A stretch of DNA of 28,829 bases from the NCBI GenBank assembly GCA_964371345.1, contig CAYJNE010000002.1, positions 1 to 28,829 of the forward strand, in the 5' to 3' direction. A model generated the notes under the pieces. That model did no database searches. It worked only from the letters and a program-made list of their open reading frames with translations, and was not told the origin of the DNA. The position numbers and the translations under genes were made by a program. This document shows positions 8,698 to 18,876 of this stretch, piece by piece (position 1 is the stretch's first letter; each line of letters opens with the position of its first letter). Origin of the DNA: an uncultured Desulfovibrionaceae bacterium (GTDB taxonomy: Bacteria > Desulfobacterota > Desulfovibrionia > Desulfovibrionales > Desulfovibrionaceae).

Positions 8698-9891
8698 TTA
8701 ACTTACCCGAACCTTTTTCAAATCATCCACCATTTTAGCCAAACGCTCTTGGTCATCTACTGTTAAATTACGCCTTATTTTGCGCAACGCACTAAAAATA
8801 CTATGTGCCCAAGGATCATTACACATAATGGCACATTCTAAAGCTGTGAGGTAGATTGAGATAGGATTACTTTCTTGTTCAATATACTTCTTAAAAAAAT
8901 CAAGTGCCGTTTCAATATCACCGTCTTTCATTAAAAACGTAGCTAAATCCACATATTTTCCTGCTAAAATTGCAATGGGCTTTCTTTCCGCAAATTTTGC
9001 AAGCTTGCGTGCTTTTTTCTCATCACTTTGCTTGAGGGCTTTATCTCTTAATCCTAAAATATACAAAAATAAATGTTTTCCCCGCACAAATTGTAAGGCG
9101 TTTGCATAGTGTTCTTCCATGCCATTGGGGAGTTTTTTATAAAGTATTCTTAGTTGTTGTTTTTTATAACGTAAATTATCCGTGGAAGATAAATTGGTTA
9201 GATGATCCTTACCACACCCCACATCGTCAAAATATTCTGAAGTAATTTCATCTACATACACAGTTTTTGTAAAACAAAGTATGCGTCTCCATAAATCAAA
9301 GTCCACAAGGCAACGTAATTTTTCATCAAAGCCCCCTGCAAGCTCAAACATTTTACGTTCAAAAATAGCAGCAATACCAGTGATATTATTAAATTCAAGA
9401 ATATGCCCAAGCCAAGCATGGCCATGACAAGGTATAGATTGTGCTAATATTTCAGACGTGCCGTCTTCGTTTATTTTTCTGCGAGTACATAGTGAATTAG
9501 CATAAACAAATCCAGCTTTGTTTTGAGATAGCAAAGCACCCATTAACATTTCAATATGGTTGGGACGCCAAACATCATCATCACCAAGGCATGCAATATA
9601 TTGCCCCTTGCTCATGCTAAATGCAGTATTGGCCGTATGCCCATAGCCTTTGTTTTGGGGATTATGCTTAAAAATTATGCGGGGATCATTGAATTTTTCT
9701 ACAATATCATCAACGGGAGTACCACCATCGCACACGAGGCACAATTCCCAATTAGGGTATGTTTGCGCCCGTACACTTTCAATGGCCCGTATAAGCCTAT
9801 GGCGACGGTTATACGTCGCCATAAGTATTGATACTAAGGGAAGAGAATTTTGCGAAGGTTCAGCTTTATTTTTTTGAGTAGACCGCCGCAT
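8698..9891 (-). CDS. Family 2 glycosyltransferase with helical (TPR-like) C-terminal region
   Basis: VSILMATYNR, SVRAQTYPNWEL, CDGG, LGDDDVW and GGFDEKL..DFDLW GT-A motifs. Confidence 0.9.
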   Translation of the reverse strand: MRRSTQKNKAEPSQNSLPLVSILMATYNRRHRLIRAIESVRAQTYPNWELCLVCDGGTPVDDIVEKFNDPRIIFKHNPQNKGYGHTANTAFSMSKGQYIACLGDDDVWRPNHIEMLMGALLSQNKAGFVYANSLCTRRKINEDGTSEILAQSIPCHGHAWLGHILEFNNITGIAAIFERKMFELAGGFDEKLRCLVDFDLWRRILCFTKTVYVDEITSEYFDDVGCGKDHLTNLSSTDNLRYKKQQLRILYKKLPNGMEEHYANALQFVRGKHLFLYILGLRDKALKQSDEKKARKLAKFAERKPIAILAGKYVDLATFLMKDGDIETALDFFKKYIEQESNPISIYLTALECAIMCNDPWAHSIFSALRKIRRNLTVDDQERLAKMVDDLKKVRVS

Positions 9892-9918
9892 GAAAATTCC
9901 TTGTTTTTTAATGCACCA

Positions 9919-11574
<1,656 letters not shown>

Positions 11575-11647
11575 TCAATTATAGTTTTTTGTTTTTACAA
11601 ACTCACGCCTCGGGCATTATATACATATTGAATACAAAAAGCTAGCA

Positions 11648-11676
11648 TTGACCTTTATGTTAATTACATTTATATT
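11648..11676 (+). promoter_or_regulatory. Putative sigma70 promoter for purQ
   Basis: TTGACC-N17-TATATT, ending about 40 nt upstream of ATG 11716. Confidence 0.5.
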
Positions 11677-11715
11677 TGCAATCCGCCATTTGACAAAAAG
11701 GGGTAATAGATAGGC

Positions 11716-12516
11716 ATGGTCAATACGCTAGTTATAACAGGTTACGGCACAAATTCACATCTTGAAACTGCCCACACCGCACGCTTGGCAGGCTCAGACA
11801 GGGCTGATGTTGTGCATTTTTCTGATATTGTAAATGCCAAAGTAAATTTAGCTGACTATCATTTTCTTGTTTTCCCTGGTGGTTTTTTGGATGGCGATGA
11901 CCTTGGTGCCGCCCAAGCCGCTAGTATGCGTTGGCGTTATCTTGAAGATATTAACGGAACCCCCCTACTTGAGCACCTTAAAAATTTTATGGCTGAGGGC
12001 AAGCTAATCCTTGGTATTTGCAATGGTTTTCAGCTTATGGTTAAGCTTGGGCTTTTACCAAGCTTTGACGGCAAAAGCTTTGTGCGCCACGTTTCTCTAA
12101 GCCACAATGACTCCGCAAGATACGAAGACCGCTGGGTCAACATGCGTGTAAACCCAGACAGCCCCTGCGTTTTCACCAAGGGGCTTGAATATGTTACCTG
12201 CCCAGTGCGCCACGGTGAGGGCAAAATCATCCCCATTGATGATGCTTGCCTAAAACGCCTGCAAGATGAAAATTTAATTGCCTTACAATATGTTGATGAC
12301 GGGCTTAATGTGACCCAAGATTATCCAGCCAACCCCAATGGCTCACCGCTAGGCATTGCTGGCCTTTGTGATCCCAGCGGGCGTATGCTTGGGCTTATGC
12401 CGCACCCTGAGGCCTTCCACCATGTAACCAACCACCCAGGCTGGACAAGGGGTGAAGTATCCCCCCCAGGGACTTTACTTTTTGTTAATGCAATTAAATA
12501 TTTACGCTCATTATAA
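11716..12516 (+). CDS. purQ: Phosphoribosylformylglycinamidine synthase glutaminase subunit
   Basis: PGGFLDGDDLGA, LGICNGFQ (catalytic Cys), HGEG, NPNGS and LMPHPE motifs. Confidence 0.93.
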   Translation: MVNTLVITGYGTNSHLETAHTARLAGSDRADVVHFSDIVNAKVNLADYHFLVFPGGFLDGDDLGAAQAASMRWRYLEDINGTPLLEHLKNFMAEGKLILGICNGFQLMVKLGLLPSFDGKSFVRHVSLSHNDSARYEDRWVNMRVNPDSPCVFTKGLEYVTCPVRHGEGKIIPIDDACLKRLQDENLIALQYVDDGLNVTQDYPANPNGSPLGIAGLCDPSGRMLGLMPHPEAFHHVTNHPGWTRGEVSPPGTLLFVNAIKYLRSL

Positions 12517-12622
12517 ATGGAGCATATAAATTTTCTAGACAAACACATATAAAACTTGACAAAATTTTAAAAAAAGCTAATTGTTTGCAGATGCCGCAAG
12601 GACATTTTACTTTATCTTTACG

Positions 12623-12658
12623 AAGTGCTTTCTCTTAACACAAGAAAGCACTTTTTTT
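12623..12658 (+). terminator. Intrinsic terminator-like hairpin immediately upstream of the Nif3 gene
   Basis: AAGTGCTTTCT-N9-AGAAAGCACTT followed by a T-run, ending 15 nt before ATG 12674. Confidence 0.7.
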
Positions 12659-12673
12659 ATGTGAGATTTCTGC

Positions 12674-13462
12674 ATGAAACTATCTGAAATAATAGAAGTT
12701 ATTGAAAAATCTGCGCCACTGGGCCTCGCCGCCGCTTGGGATAATTGTGGTATGCAAGTGGCCTCACTTAAACAAAATATTAAAAGTATGGCTCTTTGTC
12801 TTGACCCAAGCCCAGCTTCCGTTGAGCAAGCCATAAATGACGGTGCAGAGCTTATACTTTCGCATCACCCCTTACTTATGGAGGGGCGTTTGCCTGCCAC
12901 TCTTGACCAATATCATCAAGTATTACGCTTGCTTTTCACACATGACACAGCCCTATATGCCGCACACACATCACTTGATGTTAACCCATATGGGCCTGTA
13001 GGTTGGCTTGGGCGGGCCTTGGGACTTAAAAATACTCAAGTGCTTGAGCCTGTGGGTGAGATTAGTAATAAAAAAATTGCTGGTTTTGGCCTTGTGGGCA
13101 ATTTGAAAAAAGCTCTAAATTATGAAGAATTACTAAATGCCCTGCAAGCCCACATTAACATAGACACGTCAACTCTTTGTGGAGAGTTACCTAAACAAAT
13201 TAAGCGTGTTGCATACTGCACTGGCTCTGGGTCTTCACTTATGCAAAAAGCCCACGCCCAAAATGCAGATATTTTTATCACTGGCGATGTAAAATATCAC
13301 AGCGCACTTGAAAGCCCCCTATGCACATTGGATGTGGGGCATCACAGCCTTGAAGAAGAAATGATGCGTCAATTTAGCCTTGACCTTGTAAAGTTATTAC
13401 CAAAGGTTAGCATAAAATTTATAAGTTCTGCATCGCCCTTGCGCCTTGCAAATACTCAATAA
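12674..13462 (+). CDS. Nif3-like dinuclear metal center hexameric protein (DUF34/YbgI)
   Basis: WDNCGMQV, SHHPL, AAHTSLD, CTGSG, ITGDVKYH and DVGHHSLEE motifs. Confidence 0.93.
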   Translation: MKLSEIIEVIEKSAPLGLAAAWDNCGMQVASLKQNIKSMALCLDPSPASVEQAINDGAELILSHHPLLMEGRLPATLDQYHQVLRLLFTHDTALYAAHTSLDVNPYGPVGWLGRALGLKNTQVLEPVGEISNKKIAGFGLVGNLKKALNYEELLNALQAHINIDTSTLCGELPKQIKRVAYCTGSGSSLMQKAHAQNADIFITGDVKYHSALESPLCTLDVGHHSLEEEMMRQFSLDLVKLLPKVSIKFISSASPLRLANTQ

Positions 13463-13504
13463 TTTAACCAATTTTTTTATTAGCATACACGAAAGGAGAA
13501 TATC

Positions 13505-14284
13505 ATGAGCCTATACTTGAAACAAATTGAGCAACTTGTTGCACTACAAAAGGTTGACGATGCGATACATTCCGTCAAAACCGAACTAAAACTTGCCCCA
13601 CAAGAATTGGAAAGCCTTGAGGGGCGTTTTGCCGTGGCTGAGGAGCAACGCAATAAAGTGGTGGATAAAATCACCCATATCAAAGAACAACAAAAACGCA
13701 TTGGCGTTGAAATTGATGATGACACCGTGCGCATCAAAAAAAGTAAAAATAAACTCATGCAGGTAAATAACCAGCGTGAATACCATGCCATGATGCGTGA
13801 AATGGACAGCATGGAAAAGCAAAATCGCACCCGTGAGGAAGAAAAAATAGTCCTAGTGGAAGAACTTGAAAATCAAGAAGAAGCCCTAAAAGAAATTGAC
13901 GGCGACTACTTATCCCTCAAGGCCGAGCTTGAAGTTAAACGTGAGGGCCTACAAGAGCGCATGAACAACGCCGAAAAGAAGCTCACAGAGCTAGAAAGTG
14001 TTAGATCATCCACTGGTTCCATTGTTCCTCCTGCGGTATTTCAGCGTTATGAGTTTATCCGCAGACGCTTGGATCATCCTGTAATTGTTCCTGTAAATAG
14101 CGGCATTTGCGCTGGTTGTCACATTGCCATTCCACCACAATCATTCATTGAATTACAGCGTGGTCAGCAAATATTAAGTTGCCCCAACTGCCAAAGGCTT
14201 ATCTATTGGTGTGAGCATTTCACCAACCCCGATGATGTGCCAGCAGCAGCAGAAAAAAAGATTGAAGTAGTTAAGGAAGATTAA
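13505..14284 (+). CDS. Coiled-coil protein with C4-type zinc ribbon (DUF164 / HP0958-like)
   Basis: Long coiled coil followed by CAGCHIAIPPQ...CPNCQRLIY. Usual neighbour of Nif3. AAGGAG RBS. Confidence 0.9.
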   Translation: MSLYLKQIEQLVALQKVDDAIHSVKTELKLAPQELESLEGRFAVAEEQRNKVVDKITHIKEQQKRIGVEIDDDTVRIKKSKNKLMQVNNQREYHAMMREMDSMEKQNRTREEEKIVLVEELENQEEALKEIDGDYLSLKAELEVKREGLQERMNNAEKKLTELESVRSSTGSIVPPAVFQRYEFIRRRLDHPVIVPVNSGICAGCHIAIPPQSFIELQRGQQILSCPNCQRLIYWCEHFTNPDDVPAAAEKKIEVVKED

Positions 14285-14301
14285 TTAATTTACCATATTA
14301 C

Positions 14302-14663
14302 AAGAGTTGGACGGGCCACCGCTGCGTAATTTTTTACGGGGAGGAAAGTCCGGGCTCCACAGGGCACAATGCTGGGTAATTCCCAGGGGGGGCGACCCTC
14401 GGCAAGCGCAACAGAAAGCAAACCGCCCCACGTAAGTGGGGTAAGGGTGAAACGGTAGGGTAAGAGCCTACCAGTTGTCGTGGTGACACGGCAAGCTAGG
14501 CAAGCCCCATTGGGAGCAAGACCAAATAGGAAAGGTGACCTGCCCGGTCAAGCCTTTCGGGTAGGTTGCTTGAGGATATGGGTAATCATATCCCTAGAGT
14601 AATGGTGGCCTCTTGCTCTTATTTTAAGAGTGATGACAGAACCCGGCTTATAGTCCAACTCTT
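14302..14663 (+). ncRNA. rnpB: RNase P RNA (type A)
   Basis: GAGGAAAGTCCGGGCTCC, ACAGAAAGCAAACCGCC, AAGGGTGAAACGG, GAGCAAGACCAAATAG and ACAGAACCCGGCTTA conserved segments. P1 helix AAGAGTTGGAC/GTCCAACTCTT. Confidence 0.97.
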
Positions 14664-14718
14664 TTAATCTATAATTATACGTTTGGAAGTTGATTTTAAG
14701 GAAGGAACATTATTCCCA

Positions 14719-15333
14719 ATGATAATGCAAAATGTTACTACATTACCTCCATGGAAAGATTTTTTTAACTCCCTCAATGATATTCTTTCCAAGTTATCTT
14801 TTAGTGACGCGTCTGGCAAAGAACTCACAGTAGAACAGGGTTTTGCTTTATGGAACAATAAAACTTTAGAAGCAAAAAAAGATAGACGGTATTTATATTT
14901 TATAGGTAATGGTGCTTCCGCTAGTTTAAGCAGTCATTTTTCAGCAGATTTAGCTAAAAATGCCCAAATTTTAACCCAAGTTTTTACAGATATGGCTTTA
15001 ATAACAGCCATGGCTAATGATGAAAGTTATGAGGATGTTTTTGCAAGGCCATTGGCAGATAGAGGAAGACAAGGCGACATACTTATAAGCATATCTAGCT
15101 CTGGAAATTCAACAAACATTGTAAAAGCTATACAAATTGCTAAAGAAATGGAAATATTTGTAGTAACATTATCAGCTATGCAAAAAGACAATTATAGTCG
15201 CTTAAATGGCGATTTAAATGTGTATGTACCTGCACCCACTTTTGGGCTTGCAGAAAGCGCGCACGCTGCAATTTTGCATCACTGGACTGATGCCATCTTA
15301 CACATAAACAAAAAACATTCTACAGCTAACTAA
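14719..15333 (+). CDS. SIS-domain GmhA-like phosphoheptose isomerase (variant)
   Basis: FIGNGASA..SHFSADL, TAMAND, ISISSSGNSTNI and ESAH...LH motifs. Start uncertain (14683 TTG, 14719 or 14725 ATG). Confidence 0.85.
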   Translation: MIMQNVTTLPPWKDFFNSLNDILSKLSFSDASGKELTVEQGFALWNNKTLEAKKDRRYLYFIGNGASASLSSHFSADLAKNAQILTQVFTDMALITAMANDESYEDVFARPLADRGRQGDILISISSSGNSTNIVKAIQIAKEMEIFVVTLSAMQKDNYSRLNGDLNVYVPAPTFGLAESAHAAILHHWTDAILHINKKHSTAN

Positions 15334-15341
15334 AAAATATT

Positions 15342-16853
15342 ATGGCAACTAAAATCAACACACTAGACGATGTGCAATCAGAAATTAAACGCTTTAAGTC
15401 TGAGGGTAAACGCATTGTGCTTTGTCACGGGGTGTTTGATTTATTACACATAGGCCACATTCGTTATTTGCGACAGGCCAAGACACATGGTGACATTCTT
15501 ATAGTAACGCTTACCCCTGATCGCTATGTTGATAAAGGGCCGGGAAGACCTGCTTTTACGGAACAATTGCGTGCGGAAGCTTTGGCCTCGCTAAATTGTG
15601 TAAATTTTGTTGTTATTAATCAATGGGCTACTGCTGAAGAAACTTTGCGTTTTCTTAGACCAGATGTTTATGTTAAAGGTTCAGAGTTTAAAGACTTAAA
15701 CGATGTCACAGGAAAAATTGCAGCAGAAGCCAAAGTTTGTGAACAAGAGGGTATTACCCTTACTTTTGTGGAAGATATTGTTTTTTCCTCTTCCAACCTC
15801 ATAAATAGATATTTATCCGCACACTCCAATGATTGCCAGGAATATTTAGAATTATTCCGAACCCGTCATTCCACTGAGGACATTTTTAGATATTTGGACT
15901 CTTTTTCTGACCTTACTGTCTTGGTTGTTGGTGACACTATTTTAGATGAATATATCTATTGTCGTCCCTTAGGGGCATCATCTAAAGATCCTGTCCTCGC
16001 ACTTTTACATCAGTCGCAAGAATTGTTTGTGGGTGGTGCTGCTGCAGTGGCCAATCACGTAGCACAACATGCGCGCAAAGTTATATTATGCACAGTCATT
16101 GGTAATGATGGCTACGATGACTTTATTCAAACGAAACTTTCTCCCCGTGTAGAGTTGCGGTACATAAAACGGGCAGAAATACCAACCGTACGTAAAGTAA
16201 GAATTTTGGACGGATATAGTTCACAAAAGCAGTTGGAAATATATCACATGTCCCACGAGTGCATGAATGTTGAGCAAGAAAATCAATTTGCTGAGCTTAT
16301 AGCTGATGCCATGCAAGAGGTAGATTTAGTAATGGCAGCAGATTTTGGCCATGGTTGTATTACAGAACACCACGTAGACATGCTTTGTAAAAAAGCACCA
16401 TTTCTTGCGGTAAATACTCAGGCTAATGCTGGTAACCGTGGATATCATACCATTGACCGCTATGCACGTGCAGATTTTATTTCTCTTGCTAGCCATGAAT
16501 TAAGCCTACAATTTCGTAATCGAAACGCCTCCACAGGACATATGCTTAGCGAATTGGTGAAACTTTTAGAATGCAACTATGTCCTTGTAACTGAGGGGAA
16601 AAAAGGTTGCGCTTTGTGGGGTAAGGGTGATTTTTTGCGTGCCCCGAGTTTCGCATCCCGTGAGGTCGATAGGGTTGGTGCAGGGGATGCCCTTTTTTCC
16701 ATAACCTCACTTGCTGCATTCAAAAAATTACCCTTAGATGTCACTGCATTTTTGGGAAATGTTGTGGGTTCACTAGCTATAGAAGTTATGGGTAATGCTA
16801 AGTCTGTAAGTCGCGAATCTATAAAACGCTATATTACGACGGTCTTAAAATGA
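15342..16853 (+). CDS. Bifunctional HldE/RfaE-like protein: N-terminal nucleotidyltransferase plus C-terminal PfkB sugar kinase
   Basis: HGVFDLLHIGH (HIGH motif), KGPGRP and RPDVYVKG, then VLVVGDTILDEY, GGAAAVANH, DFGHG and DRVGAGDA (PfkB). Confidence 0.9.
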   Translation: MATKINTLDDVQSEIKRFKSEGKRIVLCHGVFDLLHIGHIRYLRQAKTHGDILIVTLTPDRYVDKGPGRPAFTEQLRAEALASLNCVNFVVINQWATAEETLRFLRPDVYVKGSEFKDLNDVTGKIAAEAKVCEQEGITLTFVEDIVFSSSNLINRYLSAHSNDCQEYLELFRTRHSTEDIFRYLDSFSDLTVLVVGDTILDEYIYCRPLGASSKDPVLALLHQSQELFVGGAAAVANHVAQHARKVILCTVIGNDGYDDFIQTKLSPRVELRYIKRAEIPTVRKVRILDGYSSQKQLEIYHMSHECMNVEQENQFAELIADAMQEVDLVMAADFGHGCITEHHVDMLCKKAPFLAVNTQANAGNRGYHTIDRYARADFISLASHELSLQFRNRNASTGHMLSELVKLLECNYVLVTEGKKGCALWGKGDFLRAPSFASREVDRVGAGDALFSITSLAAFKKLPLDVTAFLGNVVGSLAIEVMGNAKSVSRESIKRYITTVLK

Positions 16854-17806
16854 GCTCAAAGTATCCCACCTTTAATACCAAGACGCTAAAGCTACTTCCT
16901 TTGGCAAAGCGACAAAATGATCTAGAAGGAAACTTTATTTTACCTTTGCAAAAATTAGAACGACCTGATATGCCAAGCTTAAATAAAGTAGCTCAAGACA
17001 TACTAAAAGCAAAGCAAGCAGGACGAAATACAGTTTTTTTACTGGGCGGGCATGTCATACGTAGCGGTGTGCAGTACTATCTTATTGATATGCTACGTCG
17101 TGGCCTAATTCAAGGGATTGCCGTTAACGGAGCTGTTGCCATTCATGATTTTGAAATAGCTTTGCAAGGGGCTACCACTGAATCTGTGGCTCGCTATATT
17201 AAAGAGGGACAATTTGGTCTTTGGGAAGAAACTGGGCGTATTAATGCTATCGTAAGACAGGGTGTTAGTGATGGCTTGGGCTTTGGTGAAGCCCTTGGTA
17301 AGGAAATCGCGGAAGGTAGCTATGATCATAAAGATGTCAGCCTTTTTGCTGCCGCATGGAAATATAATGTTCCAATAACTGTGCATGTGGGTATTGGTTA
17401 TGATATTATTCATACACACCCTTCCTTTGACGGAGCAATTACAGGAGCTGCAAGCCATAGAGATTTTTTAATTTTTGCCAAACTTCTTGAAAAATTAGCT
17501 TGTGTATGTACTTTTGGCTCTGCTGTCATGGCACCAGAAGTGTTTTTAAAAGCTCTTGCCATGGTGCGAAATATAGCAGCACAAGAAGGTAAGAACATGA
17601 GTAAATTTACATCGCTTGTCTGTGATATACAAAAGCTACCACAAAATACAAATCAAGATGCACCCAAAGATGACCCACTTTACTTTTTCCGCCCATGGAA
17701 AACATTACTTTCTCGTACTACGTTAGATGGTGGTGAAAGTTTTTATGTTTGCGGGAGACATGAACAGACAATCCCTGCATTGTGGAGTGCCATGCAATGC
17801 ACTTAA
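16850..17806 (+). CDS. Deoxyhypusine-synthase-like (DHS-like NAD-binding fold) protein, GSU2086-type
   Basis: LGGHVIRSG, NGAVAIHDFEIA, FGLWEETG, GLGFGEALG, TVHVGIGYDIIH and GSAVMAPEVFLKAL motifs, recognised from memory of this family. Overlaps the upstream gene (ATGA). Confidence 0.65.
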   Translation: MSSKYPTFNTKTLKLLPLAKRQNDLEGNFILPLQKLERPDMPSLNKVAQDILKAKQAGRNTVFLLGGHVIRSGVQYYLIDMLRRGLIQGIAVNGAVAIHDFEIALQGATTESVARYIKEGQFGLWEETGRINAIVRQGVSDGLGFGEALGKEIAEGSYDHKDVSLFAAAWKYNVPITVHVGIGYDIIHTHPSFDGAITGAASHRDFLIFAKLLEKLACVCTFGSAVMAPEVFLKALAMVRNIAAQEGKNMSKFTSLVCDIQKLPQNTNQDAPKDDPLYFFRPWKTLLSRTTLDGGESFYVCGRHEQTIPALWSAMQCT

Positions 17807-17815
17807 TGGAGCATT

Positions 17816-18868
17816 ATGAGTAATTTTATCCTTCATGGCACTAAAATGCCATACCACCTTGATGCACTTCGAAAATGGTCTTGCGGGGAGAGCATATATC
17901 CTATTCTTATTGAAATCAGTCCTACAAATACGTGTAACCATGCTTGCCGATTTTGTGCATACGAATACCTAGAACGCAAGGTACCAATATTTATTGATAC
18001 TGACATGCTGTACAAACGAATTAAAGAAATACAACCGTATGGAACAAAAGCTCTTTTTTATTCTGGGGAGGGTGAACCTCTTTTACACAAAAAGCTTCCA
18101 GAATTTATTGAATCAATTGCAAACCTTGGAATGGATCAAGCTTTAAATACTAATGGTGTCTTGCTAAATGGCAAACGCATGGAGCGTCTATTACCCCATA
18201 TGGAGTGGATCAGGGTTAGCCTTAATGGTACTTCTAGCGAAGAATATGCACACATCCACAGATCAGGACAGTATGACTTTGATATTGTTCTAAAAAATCT
18301 AAAAGAAGCAGTAGCCTATAAACATGCAAATAATCTCTCTACTACTCTAGGTGTACAAATGGTTTATGCTGGACAAAACCCACAGCATATATACTCCCTT
18401 GTTAAACATATGCGTGAAATAGGTGTAAGCTATTTTGCTCTTAAAAATTATAATAATCATCCACTCAACACGTTTCAAGTAACTGATTTACCAAAGGATG
18501 ACTTAGCTTGCATCCAAGAGCTTGCTACAGACGACTTTGCAGTGGTACTGCGTATTAACATGCTTGCACCTCCTCAAAAACGCCAATATTCGTTCTGCCA
18601 TGCTTTGCCGTTTTTTGCAGAAATAATATCCAATGGTGATGTCTACTCCTGCGGACCACATCTTGGAAACGCTGATTTTTGTTACGGTAATATCAATAGT
18701 ACAACCTTGGTAAAATTATGGGCATCGGAAAATCGTCATAAAGTAGAAAATCACATACGTGGTATTGCAGACCTTGATCAAACATGCATGCCAAATTGTC
18801 GCTTGCATGAATTAAACATGTTTCTTTGGGGCCTTGCCAATCCACCACAACACATTAACTTTATTTAG
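17816..18868 (+). CDS. Radical SAM protein with SPASM/twitch auxiliary cluster domain (paralog 1)
   Basis: CNHACRFC, SGEGEPLLH and NTNG motifs. C-terminal FCHALPF...GDVYSCG...YGNI...CMPNC. Confidence 0.92.
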   Translation: MSNFILHGTKMPYHLDALRKWSCGESIYPILIEISPTNTCNHACRFCAYEYLERKVPIFIDTDMLYKRIKEIQPYGTKALFYSGEGEPLLHKKLPEFIESIANLGMDQALNTNGVLLNGKRMERLLPHMEWIRVSLNGTSSEEYAHIHRSGQYDFDIVLKNLKEAVAYKHANNLSTTLGVQMVYAGQNPQHIYSLVKHMREIGVSYFALKNYNNHPLNTFQVTDLPKDDLACIQELATDDFAVVLRINMLAPPQKRQYSFCHALPFFAEIISNGDVYSCGPHLGNADFCYGNINSTTLVKLWASENRHKVENHIRGIADLDQTCMPNCRLHELNMFLWGLANPPQHINFI

Positions 18869-18876
18869 GTAATTAT

